DNA of 63,112 nt, the filler included, from Perkinsus chesapeaki ATCC PRA-425 (lineage: Eukaryota; Protista; Perkinsozoa), in assembly GCA_013115145.1 (NCBI GenBank). It is 9 parts of 9 records of this genome, joined end to end, with 100 filler letters (N's around TTAATTAATTAA, not from the genome) between each part and the next. Parts side by side here need not be neighbours in the genome. Positions count along the whole stretch, not along the records: positions 21,919 to 29,392 come from JAAPAO010001030.1; positions 29,493 to 55,376 come from JAAPAO010000517.1; 7 more parts are not named here. One strand, 5' to 3'. The position numbers were made by a program, and so were the translations under genes. The notes under the pieces were generated by a model, which had not been told where the DNA came from, made no database searches, and saw only the letters and a program-made list of their open reading frames with translations. Positions 26,348-37,382 of the stretch are shown here, piece after piece (the first letter of the stretch is position 1; the number at the start of each line of letters is the position of its first letter).

Positions 26348-28000
26348 TTAGAACGTTACAGGGCCAGCCTTCCAGATGGTCCAAGTCCAAGGCCAGTTAT
26401 GCTTGTAAACCAGGATATTAACCCACACATGTACATTAACATGTGATTGGAAATCCCACACATTAGCCTGCTGATTAACAGTGTTGCCATAGATATCGAC
26501 AGAGACACCAGCTCCTACCACGGCCAGACTAACATCGATCCCCAACACCCCATAAGCTGATATGTTGCTGTGCGGAGCTCCCCAAACTGCAACCCCACCG
26601 TGAAGGGATATACTCAAAGCTGGAACAACGGGAAGCTTGATATTGAAGGACACAGTGATATCTGCTGCTCCTTGGTAAGTACGCTTGTCGGGTTGTAGTA
26701 GATGGTCACCAGAGGCATTTGCCGAGAGGCAAACTTTGATATTGAGATTAGCAAAAGCGATACCTTTCTGGAAGACGATAGCGCATCCGCCGCCAACAAA
26801 GCTGAAGTCTAGGACGACCTCAGCACCGGGCCATTCAGCAGTAACAGAGATTTTAAGTTGCGCCACATCAGCGCTGTTGTGAACATCAACGAATGACATC
26901 GCAAACTGTAGATCCAGCGCAGTGCGGTTGACATCAACGTCGACGTATAAGCAATACGGTGTGTTACTGCTCGCCTTGGCGAGTTTGCAGTCATGTGGGA
27001 ACTCGAACTTGACCAAGTCAATGAGATGGCGATGATACTGAGAGAGGAAGAACTTGTGGGCAGCAGAGCCTTCCTCGAGTTTGAAGTAATCAATGGGAGA
27101 AGCAGTTCCGTCAGCACGACGTAGGCGTCTTTGAGACTTCCAATCAGGAGTCTCACCATCGTTGAAGAATAATCGAGCATCCTCCCCGACTAAATGTGTA
27201 CGGGAGAGTCGAGCTTCTTGTATGGGCGCCTCATCTGCCGTGGGAGAAGATGCCGAGTGCTCTTCAATCTCGTAGGCCGAGAACACGTGTTGGAGAGCAT
27301 CGTCGACAGTGAGGTCGTCGTGCAGCTCTTCCCAGTGAGTGACTACGGTTTCTTGATAGACCCTATCGTTCTCAAAGACATTGGTGCTCAGCAACTTGAC
27401 CATCTTCTTGTCAGCCTCATCTGTGAAGAGGGTCCAAGAATTGGGCATGAGTCCAGTCTGAGATAATGCTGTCATATTAACACCAGTCTTCTGATCGACA
27501 CCTTGGACACCACTCCTCACCCACTTGTTTAGCTTCTGACCGTCGACTTGTACTAAACCTTGATGCGTCCAACCATCGTCTTCTAGGGTATGGCCAACAT
27601 CGAGCCTTCGGACAGATGACTCTTGTTGTTCATGGGTTTGATGATGAACAGGGTATGACTTCTTGTTGAATAGCTGTAGCGTCTGAGAATGGGATTCAGT
27701 CTCGGCAAAGACCAAGTATTGATAAGGGTGGTTTGGTGACGCTTGGACCACGACTTGACCATCCTTAGCGACTAGGACGTCCTGACGCATAGTAAAGGAT
27801 TTGCCGTCGTCCATGCCAGGAAGAACAAGCCCCATAGTCTCCACCGAGTTAGATATATGGCATTGAACAGGCTTGCCGTGCTCGTCGAGAAGGTCGGGGT
27901 TGCAGTAATGCTTGACCGTAGTCTGCATTCTAACATTACCCATAGTAAAGGCTGATACACCAACAGAACATAGCAAAGTAGTGTGGAGGGCTGCTAGCAT
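26348..28000 (-). CDS. Secreted beta-rich hypothetical protein (550 aa), intronless
   Basis: Long ORF with an N-terminal signal-peptide-like segment, six Cys shared with the 33928-35670 paralogue, alternating beta-strand C-terminal half, ending WTIWKAGPVTF. Confidence 0.85.
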   Translation of the reverse strand: MLAALHTTLLCSVGVSAFTMGNVRMQTTVKHYCNPDLLDEHGKPVQCHISNSVETMGLVLPGMDDGKSFTMRQDVLVAKDGQVVVQASPNHPYQYLVFAETESHSQTLQLFNKKSYPVHHQTHEQQESSVRRLDVGHTLEDDGWTHQGLVQVDGQKLNKWVRSGVQGVDQKTGVNMTALSQTGLMPNSWTLFTDEADKKMVKLLSTNVFENDRVYQETVVTHWEELHDDLTVDDALQHVFSAYEIEEHSASSPTADEAPIQEARLSRTHLVGEDARLFFNDGETPDWKSQRRLRRADGTASPIDYFKLEEGSAAHKFFLSQYHRHLIDLVKFEFPHDCKLAKASSNTPYCLYVDVDVNRTALDLQFAMSFVDVHNSADVAQLKISVTAEWPGAEVVLDFSFVGGGCAIVFQKGIAFANLNIKVCLSANASGDHLLQPDKRTYQGAADITVSFNIKLPVVPALSISLHGGVAVWGAPHSNISAYGVLGIDVSLAVVGAGVSVDIYGNTVNQQANVWDFQSHVNVHVWVNILVYKHNWPWTWTIWKAGPVTF

Positions 28001-29492
28001 TTGAGAGTTAAAAAGTACAACTTCAATACATTAGTAACAACGAAGCTATCGTTGGGAGTTGTGGCTAAGGCCTTTATCCAAGGTTTATCAAGGGCGCAGA
28101 ATACCCTAACGTATGCGTGCAAATGTGTAGATCACAGAGCTAATAGCATACTGTGCAACTACGAAGGATAAAGCAAAGGTAACCATTCTCAGCTACCTGA
28201 ACTGAATAAGTTATACTGAAATCATAGCGCAACTACTCAAACTAGTGCGCATAGAATGACATAACCAATGCTAGTAAATACATATCATCTACTTCTTTAC
28301 ACTGTATGTGCGTGCGTGCACGGTGAATCTCTCTTCAGCGTGAAGAAGTACTTTGTCCCTAATCACGCCGAACTGCAATGGCATGAGGTGCTCACATCAC
28401 CATCCCATTAGGAACCCGATCCCACCAGACTACTCTGATGAGCAACGACAATGCGCCAGCCTGCATCTGTGAGGGAGCGGACTTTGCCCCCCGAAATAAG
28501 ATATATCTCAACCCTGCCAATGCAGGTAATGGGGGTGTCATGTCACCTTCACCCATATAGACCGAAAGCATATTAGAAGATCTCCAAATCGATCCCGAAA
28601 ACCAGTATAACACTCCACAGAAGGAGTGGTAGTTGCTTCCTCATTCACTGTGACAGTGGCGCTGGTAACCTTGCCGATGGCGCTGGTAGACTCATTTGAG
28701 TGCTCTTTCTGCGAGCTACCTTTCATTCTTTGGGCAAACTTGAACGATACTGCTCCACAGCATCTCGGTTGAAGCGAAGGGGCCAGCTTCTCTACCAGTT
28801 CTCGGCTTCATGTTAGCTGTTTACTCGACCATTTTGTCTGCTTTATATTAAGGGCCCTAGACCGAGAGGTTGCTCTCTGGCGCGATACCGCCCGCGGTCA
28901 TTCTGTCTCGTGACAGAATCCCCTTTTCAACAGACTGTCCGGTGAAATTGGGACTATCCAATGTGCGATCATAATCGAGTGGTATCGGAGTTCGATTCTC
29001 GTGCGCTGGATGCCCGGCTCTTCGGGATAGTGAGTTGCATCCAGGTGAGTTCTCCGCACATCTTAGTCCACGAGTCGTGGATGTTGCGGTACCATACCTC
29101 CGGTAGGGCTTGTGCCAGATTAATCGCGAACGACAAACTTAACTATTTCACTTGACCTTATTGGAGAACAGATCGAATCGTCACGATCTGAGACGCCCTA
29201 ATATAATCCAGTTCAAGGTAGTGAAAGGCTTTCTCTAAATTCCGTCAACCCCAACTTGTGCATGCACACACCGGAAGGAGATCAGCACGCATGCGTTAGA
29301 GAGGCCTGCGGTGAGGCCCTATTAGCAGATGCACTCGCACTGGTTGACTCAACAACTGGATTGGGCATAATTGGATTAAGTACAAACAATATNNNNNNNN
29401 NNNNNNNNNNNNNNNNNNNNNNNNNNNNNNNNNNNNTTAATTAATTAANNNNNNNNNNNNNNNNNNNNNNNNNNNNNNNNNNNNNNNNNNNN

Positions 29493-29563
29493 CCACTTTA
29501 GCTTAGTGGTAGAGCGTCTGCTTCGTAAGCAGAAGGTCGTCAGTTCAATCCTGGCAAGTGGCT
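29493..29563 (+). tRNA. trnT-CGT: tRNA-Thr(CGT), first base lost in gap
   Basis: Cloverleaf CCACTTT/AAGTGGC, anticodon arm TCTGC-TTCGTAA-GCAGA, GTTCAAT T loop, followed by a T-run terminator. Confidence 0.92.
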
Positions 29564-29575
29564 TTTTAAGCCTAC

Positions 29576-32500
29576 TTATTTCTTCCACTGCATTTTTGCC
29601 CTCCGCTCCCTTATCGTGTTCGTTCTCTTCGCCTCCCAACTGGGAGCTGTCATCCACGTCATCTTCAACTTCGAAATCTTCAGGATACCTGCTCACCAAT
29701 ACTTCTCTCCAACACATACTGGCGTCCTACTCTTCTTCCTGCACTGGTAGATCTGCGACCTCCACATGATTCGATGCCTCGACGACGTCGGCTTTCTCCT
29801 TGATAGGCGACGGGAGCTTTTCTAGACTATCCACTGCTTTCGCCGATACTATTGGCGGCAGACGCACCTTGCAAAGCTGCTTGAACAGATAAAAGTGAAT
29901 ACAATACTTACATGTTCGGCGGAGCGAAGCTTCTTATCCTGACTCTGAGAAATATCAGGATTCCCCTTGCCAGCAGTCACCGAGACCGGGTCCCCTATCG
30001 ACCCCAATAAAACCTTTAAAGACAAAAAAGCGTGAAAATGCGCAGCAGCGAGTCGATATTATAATTCCATCCCGGCACGTTCACCAAATTCCAGTTGGCT
30101 GTTGGACCGACTCGGAGTTTCAATGTTAGTTACAGAATAGATTCCGAGAGTGAAAAGTGACATCGAACAAACATTCCCAATGAGGGCCTTTCATGTTCTT
30201 CTAAGATTCACTGAATACGAGCTCTGTGTCAAAGAGCCATAAAATAAAAAATCATACCCATGAATGTTCACTAAGCTGACGAGTCAGTACGATTGATGAC
30301 TCTGGAAGTGACTCAGAGTTCCGGTCTACTGTGCAAGGAGATTAACGTCACTAATTCAGCCTCACTTGATCATCTTGCGGATTGGTTACCGGTGATGGCA
30401 TAACTACGACAGCGGGCAGTTTGATGTCCTCTTTCTGGTAGTATCTACAAACATTAAACCATCTTACAGTCTCCGTGTTGGGGACAACGAACAGTCCCAG
30501 AAGAAACACTTCCGGCGTCCCTTCCCGTAGCAGGGGTAGCGAGTGAGAGCGATAGTGAATTGCGGTAATGTGTTTTCATTAGAATTTCCGTGGGTAAGAT
30601 GAATCCTCATGACGTTACCGAGTTCTATTCTCTGGCATCGGTGAAAGAGCTCGACCTGCTCGCCGCTGAAACGGCCTAGTTAAGGACGACCGTGCAGAAC
30701 TGAATAAAAATCCTTGTCCAGCAAGCGCACGCGTGCATACCTGGTCAACCCGCGTATTCTGGCCACGAACCCACTCGGCTTGGCGGCACTCGGCAGGGCT
30801 GGAAGCTTAACGACATTATTAGGTGATGTAGCTGAAACGTGCAAGCTTCAAGCTTGGATTCTCGCGGGCTTCGGTACATCCGTTCTTAAGCGTGAAGTCC
30901 AAGTCATTGCATGTCTCCAGTTCCTAATTGACACACGTGACCAGCCATCACAAGTAGCTCGAGCTCACTTTCAAGACGTATCTTCTTAGAAGGGGGAAAT
31001 TCAGAAGATCTTCCACACTTGGACGTTTCTCTGACTCCCGAGTCAGCATGACTCGAACGGTGTCACGCTAACAGTAATAAAATATGTGTGATTTGCGCAC
31101 GCGTACGCGCATGCGTGCATTATACATACCACGTCCTTGGTATAACGTGTCTTGTCCGGGTCCTCAAACTTGAGATTCAGTATCCTCACAGCTAAGTGCT
31201 GAATGTTCCTTGCATCGAAGGGATGCTTTAACGTAAGCATCTCGTAGAGTATAATGCCTATTCGTCAAACTTGATTGGCAAAATTTCCTACTCCCCATTT
31301 ACCCATGGACCAGACGTCAGACTTGAACCCGTACGGTTGTTCCATTATGATCTCTGGACTTAAATAGTAGGGAGTCCCGACCTGCACCAAAACGATTACA
31401 ATAGGGGATAAAGGCAAAATTCAACGGTGACGGAAATATAAGTAATGATCCCTTTTCATAGCTTAGTAGTTATTCACCAATGATAATTCACTGTATAGTA
31501 AAGTCACTGATTATTCTGTAATGAAAAGTTTAAATTACAAAATAATAGGATAATACTCAGTTTATGAGAAGACAGAAAAATCGTGTTTAATAGAGCTGCT
31601 ACAATGAAGAGAAAGTGTCTGTGCTAGCTGCGCCCGAAACTGAACCCCTAGAGCTGATTCGATACACTGGTGACCGGAGTCGTCACTGAAGGGCCACTGT
31701 ATGCAGGCTCCCACTTGCCTGCATACAGTGGCCCTTCAGCTCCCACTAGGAACTCATATCACGAACCTATAGGCTGTTTCATTTGAGCGACGACAGCCAC
31801 GTCCGATCTTCCACGAGAAATCTGCCCACGCCACGGGGAACTCACCATAGTGCGAGCAAGATCTCTAGTCTGCTCCAAAACGCGACTAATTCCAAAGTCA
31901 CCGAGCTTAACTGTGCGACTGGGGCCATGCAAGAAAACGTTCTGGGACTTGAGGTCTCTGAAAGTGGATAGACAGTCCGCCTAATCGTTACAGATACGTT
32001 CATTCTGTGGCTTCGGACTGTTACCAGATGAACGAGCGGTATAAAATAGGTACATTTCCCCCACCTGTGGATGACTCGTTGTTTGTGTACATGGTGAATG
32101 GCAAGACAAAGTTGAGTGAACATCCTCAACACCTCTTCCTCGGCAAGAAGGCCTCGTCGACGTTTCAGGAATCTGAGGCGTTTTTCTGACACCTCTAGCT
32201 ACACCGATGTCCTTACGTATGGAGGTCTCCGCCGTCAGCGTAGCCCATCACGATGCACATTTTCTGTCGAGGAGTTACGAAAACTTCGTGGTATGCAATC
32301 TACAACCAAGTAAACGAAACAAACTAAAGGGACTATTGTTACTATAAATGGATGATGCATTTTCTTCAATACCCAGGCCTCCTGAAACATGAAAATTACA
32401 GCTTAGCGAGCAGAGCGCTCGACCCGTATCCCAACAATCCTTAGTTCAATCCCGCGGTATGGCAACTTACTCTCAATGCTTCCTTCCTAGGGTCTTTGGT

Positions 32501-32818
32501 TTCCGAGATCTGATCCTCGTCGACGTCCATCTGCTTCAGCACCTTGATACGGAATCGTCCGAACTATTCATCAAAGAGTTTCAAACTTGACCAGCTCAGC
32601 CGACAATTATTTCACACCGGAGATGAAGTACTTCCTAACTACTCGCGGAATGACACAAAGGGGGGTTCAGACACTTCCGATCGATATGATGTAACCACGT
32701 CCACTATCAATGCTACCCGGAGCTCCTTGGTGGGAATGTGAAGCACCAAGTAGACCTTCCCGAATGACCCTCGACCGAGAGTGCCAACTTTCTTGTATGT
32801 CGCGTGCACTAGTGCCAT
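29576..32818 (-). CDS. NIMA-related (NEK) Ser/Thr kinase, multi-exon, C-terminus probably continues beyond gap
   Basis: [35 protein letters not shown]|[52 protein letters not shown]. Confidence 0.9.
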
Positions 32819-33497
32819 GGCTTCGGTTCCCAGGGGTGCTTCGTCCGGCTCCTGAGAGCAACTTGATATTGTGAATTCGTATTTAGGGTGTTTACGAGTG
32901 GTTTCTTTTGCGGAACGAGGATGGGCAGTTTGAGCCTTTCACCCTCCTGTTTGCCGCGCGGCGACTTTCTTTTTTTCCTGCGTGCCCGTCTGTCCTCGAC
33001 CACGGTCATTGACTTCCACGCCGTTATTTCGTTGAGTGTCGGCAAACCGTCAAAATTAAGAAATCAACTCCCTGATCGCCGGCACTTACTCCCTGAACCC
33101 TGCGTCAGAGCGAGCAATACGGTTCCCCAGAAAGCCAAGCTTCCTCTACCCCCCGATTATCAATCCCAGTATTATGGAGCCATGCTTCCATGCAGGAAGA
33201 ACACAACGCTTTTCTAGAGCAAATCATCAGACCGATCCTAGTCAAGGCCAAAACGTTCCACTCATCAAAATAAACAACCCAAACACAGAAAAAGCGGACG
33301 CCCCGTTAATATCACACAAGGTTAAATTGCGAGCCTGAATACTATAGTGTGATTCTTAAACATTGTATCGACCTTCTCGAGATTTCGGTCTGGAATTGGA
33401 CAGAGTCATTTTCGGGCGATCCCTATTATAGATGCGCTGTGAATGCAAGTGGCGCTCGCCGAACGCTGGTGTTGGATTTTTTTGGGGGCACAGAGCA

Positions 33498-33591
33498 AAA
33501 AACCAAGGAAAAGTACCAAAAACGAAGGAAAAGTACCAAAAACGAAGGAAAAGTACCGAAAACGAAGGAAAAGTACCGAAAACCAAGGAAA
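33498..33591. repeat. 20-bp minisatellite, ~4.7 copies
   Basis: AAAAC(C/G)AAGGAAAAGTACC(A/G) repeated in tandem. Confidence 0.95.
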
Positions 33592-33927
33592 GGTTACCAT
33601 TTCAACTCCCGCACGAGAAAACAAACACCTATCGATCACAGATGCAAAATTCCAATCCCCGCTTAAGCTCATTAGAAATCTCTAACTTCACATTTTTAGA
33701 GTTCCGCCGCGTTTGTGAAGAGTTCCATAAGAGAGAGGTGAGTAGCCAGGGTTGTGAAGTAGGCCCCAGTTCGCAAAGCAATCTTAATGTGACTTAGGAT
33801 GCTCTACAGATCACTTAGAGATAGTTCGCTGCTGATCTCGGATTTCTTCGCACTCAGTAACGCAAGCAACCCGGAAGTAAGACAATCAACAAGAATGTGA
33901 CCGTATAACAGACGTAAATTTAACAGA

Positions 33928-35670
33928 TTAAAAGGCAAAGGGACCAACAGCCCATTGCTCCCAGCGCCAGTGATAGACCCTCCTCCAATTCAATATCTTC
34001 TTTGATACCTCGAAGTCGGTCCCTGCCAAGAACGCCCATTCGTTCATCATGTGGCGCCTGTTCGACACGTTGACGTCGTAAGAGACAAGCGCACTGGTCG
34101 CATTGGTTTCGGCACTCCCCGAGACTGCTCCTTCGACGACTACAGTTATGTTCTTGGGGAGGGCGGAACCGCGCAAATCGTTCGTAGTGGTAAATTTGCC
34201 GGAACCACCGACTTGACTGTATGTTACAGACATGCTAAGCTTGACATCCTTCTTAGAAGTAGCATCACCTTTCACACAGAGGCTCAGCGATACACCAGAC
34301 TTCGCATCCACACCAGCTTGCCACACTACGGCACAACTTCTGCCAGAAATAGTTACACTCTCAATGTTCTCGCCCCCAGGCCAACTCATTAAAGTAGTGA
34401 ACCCGGCCACAGCACGAGTTGTCGGAGAAGTGATGTCCTGAGGGACGATGCCCACGTCAGCTTCAAGGGACCCTTGATTGAAATCTACGTCGATGAAAAG
34501 GCACACATTAGGGTCCTGCACCAAGTTAGGGTTCCTCTTGCATCCAGAAGGATACTGGAACCTGTTGAGTTTTATGAGACATCGAGCATTAGATTCAGCG
34601 TTGTCATGGAAGAATGCATAAGAGCTCGTGCCCTTCTCGATTCTGTAGCAATCGATAGGGGAGGGAGGGCCTTCGCTCGTCCGTGGCTTGCAATCTGCCG
34701 GGGTGATAAACTGGAAGAACTGCCGAGTGTCCTCGGTGATGATGTGAGTGTCGGCCAACACAGGGTGCACATAAGGGACTGCATCCGGATCGGCAGGTCC
34801 GGGGATCTGCTTCTCAACACCGTAAATATTATTAATACTAGCAAGTGCGTCCTTGACGGTCATGCTGTCATCCAGGGACTTCCAATAGGTGATCTCCGAG
34901 GTTTGCAACAACGTATCTTTAGGTCCACCCACAGCTTCAATATTGTACAAAGTTGTGTTGGTCTCATCTAGATATAAGATCCATTTGTTCGGGACAACCT
35001 CACCATCACCGAGGAAGTTGAACTTCTCCCCACCATGACCCTCAGGAAGGCCCTCAGTAGAGGCCCATACGCTCCTGTTGACGCCCTTGACGAGCTTCAA
35101 CCCTTGATACTTCCAATCATAATCAAGTAGACTCACATTGGTCCCAAAGCTCTGCTCTGACTTAACGTCATCTTTCCGTATCAAATATGAAACGTGGTTA
35201 TAAAATTGATAGACCGATCTCTCATTATTTTTGAAGACGTACGCCATGTACTGATACGGTCGGCTCGGCCAGGCCACCACGGATGCCTGGCCATCTTCCA
35301 CCACGAAGGTGTCTTCCAAGATAGTAAGGGTACCATCATCCATCAGAGGAAGGGTCCTGCCGAAGGTTTCACTGGTTCTGGAATGTCCACAAGTGGTGCT
35401 CTTACCATCGGGGGTCTTCAAGCGGGCGTTGCAATGATACACAGTCTTTGTCTGGATACGCATGTTGGTCGCATTAAGGAAAGTAGGGGGCAGGGTAGGC
35501 ACCGGAGTGGTCGTAGTTGTCGTTGTAGTTGTGGTAGCAGTGGTAGTACTGCCAGCAGCTGTCGTTTCACCCGGGTCGGGCGTGGTAGCCCTCAAGGGGT
35601 GCCCGACGATGCTCAGTAGAAGTGCCCACAACCAGAGGCTCCACAAAGTGGCCATTAACAATGCTGACAC
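33928..35670 (-). CDS. Secreted beta-rich hypothetical protein (580 aa) with Thr-rich linker, intronless paralogue of 26348-28000
   Basis: Signal-peptide-like N-terminus and poly-Thr/Pro stalk. Shared blocks include HCN..C..S.T.ET, MDDG, DGQ..V.A.P..PYQY, CL(Y/F)(V/I)DVD and a terminal W..W.(A/V)GP..F. Confidence 0.85.
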   Translation of the reverse strand: MSALLMATLWSLWLWALLLSIVGHPLRATTPDPGETTAAGSTTTATTTTTTTTTTPVPTLPPTFLNATNMRIQTKTVYHCNARLKTPDGKSTTCGHSRTSETFGRTLPLMDDGTLTILEDTFVVEDGQASVVAWPSRPYQYMAYVFKNNERSVYQFYNHVSYLIRKDDVKSEQSFGTNVSLLDYDWKYQGLKLVKGVNRSVWASTEGLPEGHGGEKFNFLGDGEVVPNKWILYLDETNTTLYNIEAVGGPKDTLLQTSEITYWKSLDDSMTVKDALASINNIYGVEKQIPGPADPDAVPYVHPVLADTHIITEDTRQFFQFITPADCKPRTSEGPPSPIDCYRIEKGTSSYAFFHDNAESNARCLIKLNRFQYPSGCKRNPNLVQDPNVCLFIDVDFNQGSLEADVGIVPQDITSPTTRAVAGFTTLMSWPGGENIESVTISGRSCAVVWQAGVDAKSGVSLSLCVKGDATSKKDVKLSMSVTYSQVGGSGKFTTTNDLRGSALPKNITVVVEGAVSGSAETNATSALVSYDVNVSNRRHMMNEWAFLAGTDFEVSKKILNWRRVYHWRWEQWAVGPFAF

Positions 35671-37382
35671 AGGAAGACCAAGTCACTGCGCTCCGGTGGG
35701 CATACTTGCGATGCCGAATTGCGGGATTCTTTACGCTCATTCGAGATGGTATCCGCTGGCCCGTGGCCCAATTGCAGCAGCTGCCTGCCGGATAACTGGC
35801 GCGCACATTGCGCACGCGTGCCGATTCTGTATCACATTTTTCCGACTGTCGTTTTTGTTAGGGTGAAGAATGATAGCTCGCCTCTGGAGTTTGGCCAGAA
35901 ACTCTGGATGAGGATCCCATGATCATCTTAAATACCTCTGCCCAACAACTGGGGTCTGGGCAATGCTTCGGAGCAGCATGATCGCACGCATGTACATATC
36001 GGTGACACACATTGTGTTGAACTCCTTGTGTGGGTATCAGGTTCTGTGGCACAGAATCTGTGCTGAATGGCTGGCGGCCAGGTGTCTTTTCGAAACAGCA
36101 TTTCCTATGCAACCGGCAGGGGTAGCGCCTGTGGTTCAGTCAGCCTCACGGAAATGCGTTTGTCGAGCGCCAAAAAGTCTACCCGGTTGGAAGGTACCGT
36201 GGGGACTATTGAAGAGATTAAGCTCAAATTATATCCTCATCGGTACATTTGATCTTCTCGATGTCCTCCTGGAAATCACAAAGTACGATCGCCGCTTCCA
36301 TATCAGGTTGTCGGCTCTGTTGAATTCTGTTATTCTCTCTTTGTAGTTCACTGCTCCACATTTTTGCGGATTCTGTCTTCCTTTTCGCGTACCATGGAAC
36401 GCGGTGGAGCTGCCCATTCCGAGTTCACGCGCAATTTCTTAGGCCGGCAACGCGGGCGATGTTTCTCTACGACTGTGCGAGGTCATACTCGGTCACATAA
36501 ATCCAGTCGTTTGAAACGACTCGTTTCATTAGCGACCTATACGTCCTCCTTGTTCAGTTCAACTGACTCACCTGGGCCCTGAGGCTCCCCCACTATTCCT
36601 TCGTGGTACCTACACTGCGAGATATCATATCACGTATTAGATGCGGAAGCTGACTTTCTCGAATGCATGTCTTATTTCCTTAGCATCACTCCTCGACGAT
36701 AAGGATATTTCAATGATACAGTTTTCTATAACCGTAGGTCAGGCCCTTTTTGGCTCGTTAAGAAGCATCAGACATTCTCGAAGATATGCAGCTCATGCTA
36801 AACTGGTGCAGTTCAAGTGTGTTATACTATGCTTTGGTTTGTAGTCATACAATACCGGCGAGCTCCACCCCTTCACCCCGAAGATCTAGTGTTGTATATG
36901 ACATATGTGATGAAAGTTTGGTATGCAGGATGCATTTGATGTTCTCTATTACTCCAGAGAAATTCCTAGCAAAATGCCCATCCTTCAGCATTAGGGACGC
37001 TCACTAACAGTTCCACGAGACTAGACGACTCCTTGCTCCTCAAGAAGGGATGTTTGCATCCCCAGGCCACCTTCTCTGAGCTGCAACCGCAATGGCTCAG
37101 CGACGCGCCCTTATATGTGAAACGATAAGTACTCAAAAAGATACGAAGAGTAACTCATGGAGAGTGTTGATGCCATTGACTTAATGCCATTAAGTTAATG
37201 GGTGTAGGTCCGCACTGTAGGTCCTACAGTGTAGGACCGTGAGGTAACCACCTCACAGTGTGAGTGTTTGCGTACAACTGCACGCATGCGCGTAACCGCC
37301 GAACATTCCAAAGTTGGCACAATAGATGGATTTGAGGTTGATTGTTAGTTGACCTATTTAGTATCTTATATTTCAATTAACC

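Noticed and set aside
34051-35866. Plus-strand ORFs of 113-165 aa (similarly 359-1406 and 2751-3385)
   Set aside because: Antisense shadows of long, well-supported minus-strand CDSs.
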